NCBI GenBank assembly: GCA_965660855.1
Contig: CBFIBM010000003.1
Span: 64,001 to 128,000 of the forward strand
Origin: an uncultured bacterium
Lineage (GTDB): Bacteria > Fidelibacterota > Marinisomatia > Marinisomatales > UBA1611
Direction of reading: 5' to 3'
DNA: 64,000 bases
Shown here piece after piece: positions 1-9,504 of the stretch. The position numbers were made by a program, and so were the translations under genes. The stretch's first letter is position 1, and every line of letters starts with the position of its first letter. Below the pieces are notes generated by a model. It was given only the letters and a program-made list of their open reading frames with translations. It searched no databases and had not been told where the DNA came from.

Positions 1-594
1 AGAGAATTTATCCGATATACAAAATTATATGATTCTGGAAAGTTTGTTTCAAAATCTTTGGCAAAATTTTCAAGTCCTAAAATTGTAAAAGGAACAGGAC
101 TCCTAAGCTGGGTTTATAGAAATGGTGAAACAGATCAATGGTTCTTTTTACCAAAACTAAAAAAAGCAAAAAGAATCCAAGCAAAAGAAAAATCAAAGAC
201 GTTCTTGAATACAGATTTTATTTACGAAGATCTTGAAAGTACCCAACCAAATAATGATAGTCTTGTGTTTATTGGTAATGAGTATTTTGAGGGTAACCTG
301 TGTAACCTTATAATGTCATGGCCTAAGAATAATAGTTCCTATTTTTCAAAAAAGATATGGGTAAATACACAAAACTGGCAAATTATTAAAGTTGAATTTT
401 ATAAAAGTGAATTAACAAAAGATAAAACTCTTTATCTGAAAAACTTCATAGAAAAAGATACTTATCTAACACCAGGTTTACTAGTAATGCAAAAAGAGAA
501 TGGCAACAAAACAATTATGGAAGTTAAATCTTTTCAACCAAATATTGGTTTAAATGAAGAGGTTTTTTCAAACAAATTTTTAATGAATAATTAA
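1..594 (+). CDS. Outer-membrane lipoprotein-sorting (LolA-like) protein, 5'-truncated
   Basis: Frame is open from base 1 (REFIRYTKLYDSGKFVSKSLAKF...). Family motifs F..P..VKGTGLL, DQWFFLPKLKKAKRI, FLNTDFIYEDL. Paralogue of 11811..12563. Confidence 0.8.
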   Translation, partial: REFIRYTKLYDSGKFVSKSLAKFSSPKIVKGTGLLSWVYRNGETDQWFFLPKLKKAKRIQAKEKSKTFLNTDFIYEDLESTQPNNDSLVFIGNEYFEGNLCNLIMSWPKNNSSYFSKKIWVNTQNWQIIKVEFYKSELTKDKTLYLKNFIEKDTYLTPGLLVMQKENGNKTIMEVKSFQPNIGLNEEVFSNKFLMNN

Positions 595-607
595 ATTATA
601 GGCTGGT

Positions 608-1576
608 CTAATATTCAACCAGAGCACAAGCAGCAGATAGTCCAGCTCCAGTACCAATTAATAAAAATTTATTTTTCCTTCTCAATTTTTTCTCCCTAAT
701 AGATTTTACTAGTGCCATAGGCACAGAAGCAGCAACACAGTTACCAAAATAGGTGACATTATTCACAACTTTATTTCTGTCAAAACCACCCACCTCAACA
801 TAGGCTTCGACAGCTTTTCCTGATGCTTGATGTGGTATAATTAAATCAATATCTTCTTTTTTTAGCTGAGTGGATTTTAGAGTATTTACCATTAATCTAT
901 AAACTTGTTTTCTAGCTATTTTATATATCCCAGGGCCATCCATTGTAAATAAATTATCCTCTGCCGAAGTTTCAAAATCTTGGGGATGTTTATTCGTTCC
1001 CCCACCCCTAACCTCTGTCAAATGTGCACCCTCTGGCCATGTATTCATTTTATAATATATAAGTCTACTAGAGTTATTTTTTGAATTTGGTTCTAAAATA
1101 ATTGCTGCAGCACCATCTCCAAGAAGTGATGCACTTTCGGGCTCATTAAAATTACGTCCACGGGTTCCTCTATCAGAAGATATAATTAAAATCTTTTTAT
1201 AAACCTTTGATTGAATTAAGGAACTTGCAGTATGAAAAGCTGTAATAAATGATAGGCAAGTGCAATGAATACTAAATGAAGGAATACCATTTAAGCCCAT
1301 TTCTTTTTGATAGAATGTTGAAGTATCTGGGATTGTTTGTTTTGGTACCCCTGAAGCATTAATTATTAAATCTGGTGGACTACTATTTTCACCTAATGCT
1401 TCTAGACCTGCTATTGCACCCATCTTATCGACATCAATATTTGATACTCTTCTCTCTTTTACCCCAGATTTTTTAACTATCCATTCTGTGGACCTATTTA
1501 TTAAGGGAGCAATTTCTTCTGATGTCTGAATAACTGGAGGAATGTAGATTCCTGTTCCTGTAATTTTTACTTTCAA
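608..1576 (-). CDS. 3-oxoacyl-ACP synthase III (FabH/KAS III family)
   Basis: Catalytic Cys-His-Asn in HCTCLSF, IIPHQAS and FGNCVAAS; GDGAAA motif; TTG start. Confidence 0.9.
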   Translation of the reverse strand: MKVKITGTGIYIPPVIQTSEEIAPLINRSTEWIVKKSGVKERRVSNIDVDKMGAIAGLEALGENSSPPDLIINASGVPKQTIPDTSTFYQKEMGLNGIPSFSIHCTCLSFITAFHTASSLIQSKVYKKILIISSDRGTRGRNFNEPESASLLGDGAAAIILEPNSKNNSSRLIYYKMNTWPEGAHLTEVRGGGTNKHPQDFETSAEDNLFTMDGPGIYKIARKQVYRLMVNTLKSTQLKKEDIDLIIPHQASGKAVEAYVEVGGFDRNKVVNNVTYFGNCVAASVPMALVKSIREKKLRRKNKFLLIGTGAGLSAACALVEY

Positions 1577-1587
1577 TTCAAAAAACT

Positions 1588-3030
1588 CTAAAAATAATAC
1601 TTTAATTCAAACCTAGAATGAGAGAAATCTTTCATTTTATAAAATTGATATTTTTCACCATCAGAATGTTCATTGCTACCATTTATTTTAGTAATTCCTA
1701 ATAATAATGATAGATCTTGAGCGATAGAATATTCTGCCTTTATTTCATTAAGTGAACCTGTTATATCTTTATTCTTATCATAGTTTTCTAAATCCATTAA
1801 AGATGTAAATGAAAAGGTTAAGTCTTCATTTAAGAATTTCTTTTTTAAGAAAAGGAATAATGCTTTATTGGTTAAAATAGCGATAGGAACCCCCATACCT
1901 GGAATGAATAGGTCTCTAGGTTTCATTGTATTAGGATCATATTCAAAGCCAGGAATATCCACTTCTACATTAGGAAGAGTATCTACCGAGTTGTATTGCT
2001 TTATATTATGCTCAAATAATTGAATAGAAAAATCAATATTAAATGGTAATTCAGTGTCAATCTGTATTGTATATTGTTCATATTCTACATTTTCTTGTAA
2101 AGGGAAAGAGAAAGCAACACTATCATATAATGAACTTTGTAAAGGGTTTGGATAAGGTCTTTCAATTGTTTTATTTTGATCTTTTGTATTAAAATATGAA
2201 TAATCAAAACGAGTAGTAAAAAACCTATTAAGGATAGTTACTCCAAATCCTAATGAGTTAGTTCTTCTATACCCAAATACTAAATCTGGAGATGATTTAA
2301 AGTTATTAAACTGAGTTGAATAATATTCGTTTACACCTGAAAAATTAAAAATACGATCGTTTCCACTAAATGATGAGAATGATAATTCACCAAATTTAGT
2401 TGAATAGTTAATAAATAATCCACCTTCGTAAGGAATGGAAGAAACAGGTATGATCTCGTACGGGTCCGGATATATGGGAAGCTCAACAGGGAAATCATCA
2501 CCACCTAATGGTATCCTGTTTGTTGAATGTAATGGAGAAAAAACACTATTTATTTTCAAATTCTTGTAATAAAAATCAACACCTAATGACAAGGTTGCAA
2601 GTTTTCGTTCAGTGCCACTAAAAAACATATAATAATAGTCGAGAGCACTCCCATTATCTAATGGACTATTTTCATCAACATTACCCCAAGAGTGTATTTG
2701 CTTTCCAACTTTTAATTCATAATGTTTCTTACTATATGTAATATAAAACTCTCTCATATCTAATACGAAATCTTGAGGATTACTCGTTTCTATAAAATAA
2801 GAATCATCTCTCACATGGTATTCAAGTGCAAATTCTCCAATTAATGATATATCTTCATATTGTTTTACAAAAACAATAGAACCCATACGATATGGAACAT
2901 TAATTAAAGATTTATCGGAAATTCTAGAAATATAAGAAAAATTAGAATAACCCGAAAAAGTAAACGAGGAGGGTTCGGAATGCATAAGTTCGAATACTGC
3001 AAGTATAAAAATGTAAAATTTATTTTTCAT
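1588..3030 (-). CDS. Putative outer-membrane beta-barrel protein (DUF1302-like)
   Basis: Signal peptide; motif MREFYITY...LKVGKQIHSWG; amphipathic strands; C-terminal aromatic beta-signal ELKYYF. Confidence 0.6.
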   Translation of the reverse strand: MKNKFYIFILAVFELMHSEPSSFTFSGYSNFSYISRISDKSLINVPYRMGSIVFVKQYEDISLIGEFALEYHVRDDSYFIETSNPQDFVLDMREFYITYSKKHYELKVGKQIHSWGNVDENSPLDNGSALDYYYMFFSGTERKLATLSLGVDFYYKNLKINSVFSPLHSTNRIPLGGDDFPVELPIYPDPYEIIPVSSIPYEGGLFINYSTKFGELSFSSFSGNDRIFNFSGVNEYYSTQFNNFKSSPDLVFGYRRTNSLGFGVTILNRFFTTRFDYSYFNTKDQNKTIERPYPNPLQSSLYDSVAFSFPLQENVEYEQYTIQIDTELPFNIDFSIQLFEHNIKQYNSVDTLPNVEVDIPGFEYDPNTMKPRDLFIPGMGVPIAILTNKALFLFLKKKFLNEDLTFSFTSLMDLENYDKNKDITGSLNEIKAEYSIAQDLSLLLGITKINGSNEHSDGEKYQFYKMKDFSHSRFELKYYF

Positions 3031-3048
3031 AACTTTAAAACTTTATAT

Positions 3049-4116
3049 CTATTTTAATAAAATTATTTTTTTAATAACGTTTCTAAAATTATCCTGAATT
3101 TTAATAAAATAAATTCCTGAAGGATGACTTTTTGAATGCCATGTAATTTTATTTTTACCTTTTCTATAAATTTTATTTTTGGAGATAACTTCAATTTCTT
3201 TTCCCTTTAAGTCTAAAATGGATAATGTCATTGGTCTATCATAAGGGACCATAATATCAATATTAACTGAAGGGTTAAATGGATTCGGATAGGCAGACGA
3301 GGTCGTAAACTGGTATGGTAATATTTGATCATCTATTTTAGTGACTGAACTATCACATTCTTGTGGTGAATAAACAGGAAAAGAATAATAAAATTGATCT
3401 AGGCTGAGTTCTAAATGTTCTGAATCCTCTATACAACTAGGGATATTTGAACAAAGATTATTAGCACCGATGGCAAAAAATGGATATCCACCATTATCAG
3501 TATTCACCCAATCAAGATTTAGGCTACAAAAACAATCAGGAAGAGAATCGATATTATTATTAAAAACCCATAGATAAGATAAGTTTTCAAGATCGCAAAT
3601 TGATTCTGGTATTCTTTCCAATTCATTATAACCAATATCAAAAAAGTACAAATTAGAAAGATTCCCAACACTATCGCCGATTGATGAAATAATGTTATTG
3701 TTTAAATAAACAGAATTTAAATTATAAAGTTTATGAAATGACTCTGGTAAAGAAGAAATTCTATTCCACTCAAGATAGAGAGATGTAAGAGATGATAAAT
3801 TCCCAAAATTATTTGGTAAAGAATAAATAGTATCACTTACCCCAGAGCTATTTCCATAATTACCTGCAACAAAAAATCGTAGTCTTCCATTAAACCATGT
3901 TTGAGTACCAATTTCTAGAGGGGAATTATAATCTAAATCATTTTGAATTATTAAACTATCCAATACAATAATATCATTATCGCTAAGACAGGTATCTCCA
4001 ACTAAAATAGTGACATTATTTGGAACTTCTGAGAAATATGTAAATGTGCTATCACAATTAGATAGTATAATCTGAGGAAAAAAGTAGCCTAACAAATAAA
4101 GATATATTTTTCTCAT
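3049..4116 (-). CDS. Secreted leucine-rich-repeat protein with T9SS type-A-like C-terminal sorting domain
   Basis: Signal peptide; about four 23-aa LxxLxxLxLxxNxIxxLP repeats; C-terminal YPNPFNPS...SGIYFIKI...KKIILLK. Confidence 0.85.
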   Translation of the reverse strand: MRKIYLYLLGYFFPQIILSNCDSTFTYFSEVPNNVTILVGDTCLSDNDIIVLDSLIIQNDLDYNSPLEIGTQTWFNGRLRFFVAGNYGNSSGVSDTIYSLPNNFGNLSSLTSLYLEWNRISSLPESFHKLYNLNSVYLNNNIISSIGDSVGNLSNLYFFDIGYNELERIPESICDLENLSYLWVFNNNIDSLPDCFCSLNLDWVNTDNGGYPFFAIGANNLCSNIPSCIEDSEHLELSLDQFYYSFPVYSPQECDSSVTKIDDQILPYQFTTSSAYPNPFNPSVNIDIMVPYDRPMTLSILDLKGKEIEVISKNKIYRKGKNKITWHSKSHPSGIYFIKIQDNFRNVIKKIILLK

Positions 4117-4117
4117 A

Positions 4118-6151
4118 TTATTTAATGAGCATTATTTTTTTTGATTCTGATAATGACCCCGTTGTTAACTTAATAAAATATATTCCAGAGGAGTAATCAC
4201 CAGCAATCCAATTAATTTTGTGAATCCCTGCTGGTTGTACCTTATTTATAATTGTTTCAATTAAATACCCATTAAGGTCATATATTTCTAATAGGGTTTT
4301 TTGTTTTACATTTGTTTCAAACTGAATAAGAGTATTAGGGTTAAAAGGGTTTGGGTATGCTTTTAATACTTCAAAATTATTCGGCGAAATATTCTGCTCT
4401 AAACTTAATGGAGTTGTTGATACTAAAATGGAAATAATTTTCTCCTTATGAGGATGATCTATTGGTTGAATATGAAGTTCAATAGTATTCATTTCGGTAG
4501 AATTTATAATATTACCCGAGAAGGTGATATCTTGTTTTGAATTTGGCTCAAGAAAAACATCTAATATTTCATCGGAGAACCAACCAGCACTATCTGTGAT
4601 ATCTAAATTGAATCCCATTGGATAATTACTTTCATTAAATAAAGTAAATTTGATCTGAGGATCATTTATAGATAAATAAACTGTAGGATTTCCATTATTC
4701 TCAACTAAATCTTTTATTTTTATACTAAAAGCATAAGGGTGAATTCCAGGTATTCGATGTGCACGATAAACGGCACCATCCGGTAAACTTAAATTATATA
4801 AGCCCTCCCATACAATTTCGCCATAAGTGTTTACCTCCAGACTCCTTCCACCACCACCAACAGTAGTAATTAATACATTTTCATTATTTAATTTTTGTGC
4901 ATTTCCTGAAGCAAATCCAAATAGATCTTGTGGTAAATCATAAAACCATTCGACTGATGCAGACTCATTAGTTATTTTAATTTCAATAGCCCTTGAAATA
5001 GGTACATCTGTACCACGAAACTCTTGGGATAGATTACCATTATCAAATGTCAATAAATTTCCATTTTCTAAAAGTTGAAGACTATGTTGAAAGCTAAAAC
5101 CGATATTATGACCTAACGTCACATCTCCAGAATTCATTTGATGACCAAGGTTCCATATGATTTCCCCTGTTGAATAATCAATTTTTGTTATTCGAGAAAG
5201 GTGCCTTGATGAAAGATATATTACATTTTCTTGCTCATCAAAGATGATAGCGTTAGCATGCGTCCAATCATAATGTAAATTAAAATAAGCTTCATTCCAT
5301 GTGCCACCTATTTCATCAAAGTCAGACATATTAAAATGTTCAAAAGTATCCCAAGACCACACAATTTCTTTAGTATTTTTATCCCATTCTACTATTCTAT
5401 CACCCACCCAAGGGAATTCAAGTGTGATTCCATCTGCTTGGAACCCTAAGTTTTGAAATAGAGCAGTCCATTCACCAATTGGGATTGGTCCTAGAGATGA
5501 AGTCTCTATTAATCCAAGATAATTTCCATTGGGTAATCTAATTATATCATGGTGGAGAAAATCATCATTTGGCTCATTCCATATTTGAATTCCATCAAAT
5601 GAGATTTCTTTTCCAGGAAGATTATTTTCTGCATTTTGAATTAAAGAACATCCAAAAATATTGCCAATTTCATTAGAGCTATAATAGACAAAATTATCAG
5701 ATCCTGAATTCCATATTTCTTTACCTAAACTATCAATTACAGCAGAAAAGTAATTGAAGAATGCGCCAAAGATGGTAACTCCGTTCTCCATTCCTTGATG
5801 ATCAATTATCAAAGAGCTACTATTGGATAATTGTTCACTGGTCCTAAAGCTATATACCTCACTCCAATTACTTGTTAACCCAGTATGGTAAAAGGAATTA
5901 ATTCGCCAATAGTATTCTTTATCCCACTCTAAATGATTTTTTTCAATAAAGCACAATGTAGAATCTATTGTAGTGTGCACTATATTTGTAAAACTAACAT
6001 CTTCAGCTATTTGGATATTATAATAATTTGTATTTGGAGTTTGTTCCCATTCAAAAAGCACATGTATGTAGTTTAAAATAGCTCCATTTTCAGGAAAAAT
6101 TGGATTTGCATTTAACATTGAAAAGAAAATAAGAAATAAATATAATTTCAT
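4118..6151 (-). CDS. Arylsulfotransferase (ASST family) with T9SS type-A-like C-terminal domain
   Basis: ASST motifs HHDII, DWTHANAI, LSSRH, SFQHS, FDNG, YRA; N-terminal Fn3/Ig-like segment; C-terminal YPNPFNP...SGIYFIKL...KKIMLIK. Confidence 0.85.
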   Translation of the reverse strand: MKLYLFLIFFSMLNANPIFPENGAILNYIHVLFEWEQTPNTNYYNIQIAEDVSFTNIVHTTIDSTLCFIEKNHLEWDKEYYWRINSFYHTGLTSNWSEVYSFRTSEQLSNSSSLIIDHQGMENGVTIFGAFFNYFSAVIDSLGKEIWNSGSDNFVYYSSNEIGNIFGCSLIQNAENNLPGKEISFDGIQIWNEPNDDFLHHDIIRLPNGNYLGLIETSSLGPIPIGEWTALFQNLGFQADGITLEFPWVGDRIVEWDKNTKEIVWSWDTFEHFNMSDFDEIGGTWNEAYFNLHYDWTHANAIIFDEQENVIYLSSRHLSRITKIDYSTGEIIWNLGHQMNSGDVTLGHNIGFSFQHSLQLLENGNLLTFDNGNLSQEFRGTDVPISRAIEIKITNESASVEWFYDLPQDLFGFASGNAQKLNNENVLITTVGGGGRSLEVNTYGEIVWEGLYNLSLPDGAVYRAHRIPGIHPYAFSIKIKDLVENNGNPTVYLSINDPQIKFTLFNESNYPMGFNLDITDSAGWFSDEILDVFLEPNSKQDITFSGNIINSTEMNTIELHIQPIDHPHKEKIISILVSTTPLSLEQNISPNNFEVLKAYPNPFNPNTLIQFETNVKQKTLLEIYDLNGYLIETIINKVQPAGIHKINWIAGDYSSGIYFIKLTTGSLSESKKIMLIK

Positions 6152-6756
6152 TTTATTTTTTCTTCTTTCATGGCCTTATCTAACCATGTTAATACTTCTG
6201 TACCTTGGGTAGTCCATGCTTTTGTTAAAGCAAAATCAGGAAAGTTCCCTAAAAGTTCACCATTCCACGTATATGTTACCCTAGTAGAATTTAAATTTAT
6301 GGGTACAAGAATCCACAAACCCGCTGCATCAGGTAATCGAACATGACCTGGTTTTAATTTTGAATTTGGATGCTTAACAGAACTAAATTTAAAAATTCGA
6401 GACCCATTTTTTAAAATTTTCTTACTATACTTCACAACATAATCTCTTCCTGAAAAAGGGAAAGGAAGATCCAAAATAATTTGAATAATATTTTTATCAA
6501 GCTTTTTTGCTTCTGTTACTCTTTCAAAAATAGAAGGATAGTCTTCAATATTTTCAATTTTTGAGGAAATTAAATTAATATTATGTTTTAAAACCATTTC
6601 AGCCCTACTTACGGGGAAATCACCATATGTGGCCCATTCAATCTTGACTATTTCTTTTTGTAATAACTCCCAGTCTTTAATCTTTTGTATTCTTTCAAAA
6701 TCTAGAGCATAAACTTGGCAAAGTAAAAAATATAGAATTAAGACCAGGTGCTTCAT
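6148..6756 (-). CDS. START/SRPBCC-domain lipid-binding protein with signal peptide
   Basis: DLPFPFSGRDYVV, GHVRL, GLWILVP...TRVTY...G.FPDF pattern typical of bacterial START proteins. Confidence 0.8.
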   Translation of the reverse strand: MKHLVLILYFLLCQVYALDFERIQKIKDWELLQKEIVKIEWATYGDFPVSRAEMVLKHNINLISSKIENIEDYPSIFERVTEAKKLDKNIIQIILDLPFPFSGRDYVVKYSKKILKNGSRIFKFSSVKHPNSKLKPGHVRLPDAAGLWILVPINLNSTRVTYTWNGELLGNFPDFALTKAWTTQGTEVLTWLDKAMKEEKIK

Positions 6757-6760
6757 AATC

Positions 6761-7840
6761 TTAAAAAAAGGTTTTATAAAAAAGAGAACAATCTTTTTTA
6801 ATTTTATCTTCAGTTAATTCAAACTTAGATAAATCATAAGAATGCTCGCTCTTGTATTCTTTTTGACTTTTATCAACAATCTTTATTTGCTCATCTAAAT
6901 GAAGAGTTTTTTCAATATTTATAAATTTCATCACATCTTTCATCAAAGGTTCAAAATCATTCATCATATTATCAAAACGAATAATGAACACCTTTTCCTT
7001 ATTAATCTTGTTTGTTACCCAATCTTCTTGGAATCGATTCAATAATTCAACAAGAGAATTATAAAGTCGCGTAATAAAACGTTTTTTAATATTCTCATCC
7101 AGAGACCAAAAATTAAACTTTTTATCAAGGACTCCAGTCACTAAACTTAAACCTGAGGGAATTAAATCAAGAGGGTCTCGTACGATATAGAGAATACTTG
7201 CGTCTGGATATTTTTTTTGAAATTTTGGAAGATTACTACTCAAACTAAATAATTTACCGATATATCGATCTCCAGAGTTTGAATAAAGGTTTCGACGCCA
7301 TATAGAATCAAACCATTTATAATCTCTATCTGAATTGTCAATGATCCTTGGGTCTACCCAATGAAATAAATCTTCTTTATCAAATGTTAAAATAAAACCA
7401 TAGAAAAAGAAGCCATCTAGATATCTAAATAGTAATGAAACATCATCGGTTTCAATAGAGGTAAGGCTTGTTTTATGAGCTTTTGTAGAATGGTGCCTTG
7501 TTGGACTAATAATTTCTAATAAAGGTAAAATTGGTTTTATTAATTTTTGGAGAAAAATAGAAGGGTAAATCAATTGCCATAGTTGAGACCCTGTTCCAAT
7601 TTTTTGTGTTATTAAAAACCTATGTAAGAAAGTTGTCCCTGACCTTGGGTTTCCAACAATGATTATAGGATTTATTATTTTTTGGTTAAAGCCCGGGAAA
7701 AAAACTTGATCTAAAAATTGACTAAAAATAACAACGAATCTCAGAAATATAATAAGGACACCTGTTAGGATAGGAGAAATCCAAGTTCCAAAGGTTTTTC
7801 CTAATATAAAATAAGCTTTTGATATTCTACGATTTATCAT
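6761..7840 (-). CDS. PAPS-dependent sulfotransferase
   Basis: 5'-PSB loop PIIIVGNPRSGTTFLH and 3'-PB motif IVRDP....S; N-terminal hydrophobic segment. Confidence 0.85.
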   Translation of the reverse strand: MINRRISKAYFILGKTFGTWISPILTGVLIIFLRFVVIFSQFLDQVFFPGFNQKIINPIIIVGNPRSGTTFLHRFLITQKIGTGSQLWQLIYPSIFLQKLIKPILPLLEIISPTRHHSTKAHKTSLTSIETDDVSLLFRYLDGFFFYGFILTFDKEDLFHWVDPRIIDNSDRDYKWFDSIWRRNLYSNSGDRYIGKLFSLSSNLPKFQKKYPDASILYIVRDPLDLIPSGLSLVTGVLDKKFNFWSLDENIKKRFITRLYNSLVELLNRFQEDWVTNKINKEKVFIIRFDNMMNDFEPLMKDVMKFINIEKTLHLDEQIKIVDKSQKEYKSEHSYDLSKFELTEDKIKKDCSLFYKTFF

Positions 7841-7990
7841 TCTGAAGCATTTGTTAATAATTTATTAGAATTTTTATAATCTATTTTCAGAGTTTAAACT
7901 ATTAGACAATTATTACATTAAATAGATAAATCTTAGATAATAATATTTAAATAGATCATTAATAAACTTATTTTAAATTAGTACTTTCTT

Positions 7991-9436
7991 ATGATAAAAT
8001 TAATTCTACATTCATTTATTTTTACGTTTGTTTTTAGTCAAGAAGCTTTCGATGGGCTGACGCTATACTCTCCAACATCAGGAAATGGATCACATGTAAC
8101 CTATTTAGTAGATAATCAGATGAACATAATCAACTCTTGGGAACATCCCTATGGTGCTGCAAGTATGCCATATTTATTAAAAGATAGCACTCTTATCTAC
8201 CCGTATCGAGTTCCAAACCCTACAATGAACTCAGGTGGAGTTGGCGGTGGAATTTCAAAATATTCTTGGGCTGGTGACCTTCTTTGGAGTTATGAAATTG
8301 CAAACAATTTATATCAGCATCATCATGATGTGGAGCCACTTCCTAATGGAAATATTTTGGTAATTGTTTGGGAGAGGAAAACCTATGCAGAAGCAATATC
8401 AGCTGGAAGACAAACCTTAAATAATTCTTTAAATGAGATTTGGTCTGAAGCAATTCTAGAGTTAGAACCTGTTGGCACAAATGAAGTAAATATTGTTTGG
8501 GAATGGCATCTTTGGGATCATCTTGTGCAAGATTACGATCCTAATGTCAGTAATTATGGTGTAGTCAGTGAACATCCTGAATTGCAAGATATAAACTATG
8601 GAAATGCAGGGAGTAACCAAGGTCCAGGCGGTCCAAATGGAGATTGGAAACATTTTAATGCAATAGCATACAATGAACACTTAGATCAAATTGCTCTTTC
8701 ATCAAGAATGCATGATGAAATTTATATTATTGACCACAGTACTACATCTCTTGAAGCTGCAGGTCATAATGGTGGAATTTATGGAAGAGGTGGAGACTAT
8801 TTATTTAGATGGGGGAATCCTCAGTCCTATAACCGTGGTTCAAATCAAGATCATCAATTATCTGATCAACATGGTGTGAATTGGATTCCAGAGGGATACC
8901 CAGGTGAAGGAAATTTGATTATTTTCAATAATAATTATACAAATAATAATTCTGCTGTTTTTGAAATTACACCTCCGTTAAACGAGTCAGGTGGTTATAC
9001 TATAGATGAGAGTCAACCTTTTGGACCTGAAGAACCAGTCTGGATACATACTGGAAATTTTCATACTCAAATGCAAGGTGGAGCTTTTAGATTACCAAAT
9101 GGCAATACGCTTATTACTGATTGTGATGATGCTTTAATGTTTGAGGTTACATATAATAATGAAGTTGTCTGGAGTCATGATCAAGGTGGTGGACAATCAT
9201 TTATTGCTAGAGCTCAAAAATACCCTATTGATTATTTAGGAGATGAATTTCCTACTTATGTAACCGGAGATATTAATTTTGATCAAGATTTGGATATTTT
9301 AGATATATTATTTATATCAGATATGAGCTCTGGTTTTGGTTATACTTCGACACCTCCAGCAGATTTTAATGAAGATGGATATGTAACAATTTCAGATGTC
9401 ATACTACTCATTCAGTTTATAATTAATAATAATTAG
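7991..9436 (+). CDS. Arylsulfotransferase (ASST family) with C-terminal dockerin
   Basis: Signal peptide; HHDVE, DWKHFNAI, LSSR, DQH motifs; duplicated Ca-loop GDINFDQDLDILDI...ADFNEDGYVTISDV at the C-terminus. Confidence 0.85.
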   Translation: MIKLILHSFIFTFVFSQEAFDGLTLYSPTSGNGSHVTYLVDNQMNIINSWEHPYGAASMPYLLKDSTLIYPYRVPNPTMNSGGVGGGISKYSWAGDLLWSYEIANNLYQHHHDVEPLPNGNILVIVWERKTYAEAISAGRQTLNNSLNEIWSEAILELEPVGTNEVNIVWEWHLWDHLVQDYDPNVSNYGVVSEHPELQDINYGNAGSNQGPGGPNGDWKHFNAIAYNEHLDQIALSSRMHDEIYIIDHSTTSLEAAGHNGGIYGRGGDYLFRWGNPQSYNRGSNQDHQLSDQHGVNWIPEGYPGEGNLIIFNNNYTNNNSAVFEITPPLNESGGYTIDESQPFGPEEPVWIHTGNFHTQMQGGAFRLPNGNTLITDCDDALMFEVTYNNEVVWSHDQGGGQSFIARAQKYPIDYLGDEFPTYVTGDINFDQDLDILDILFISDMSSGFGYTSTPPADFNEDGYVTISDVILLIQFIINNN

Positions 9437-9504
9437 TAAAATTTGTTATTTCTTTTTGGAAATAAAATCTTACCTATAATTAAAGAAGTATATTTAGATT
9501 TAAA

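Noticed and set aside
7841..7990. Recurring TAGA words in the divergent sulfotransferase/ASST promoter region
   Set aside because: Spacing is irregular and the region is extremely AT-rich; not distinguishable from chance.
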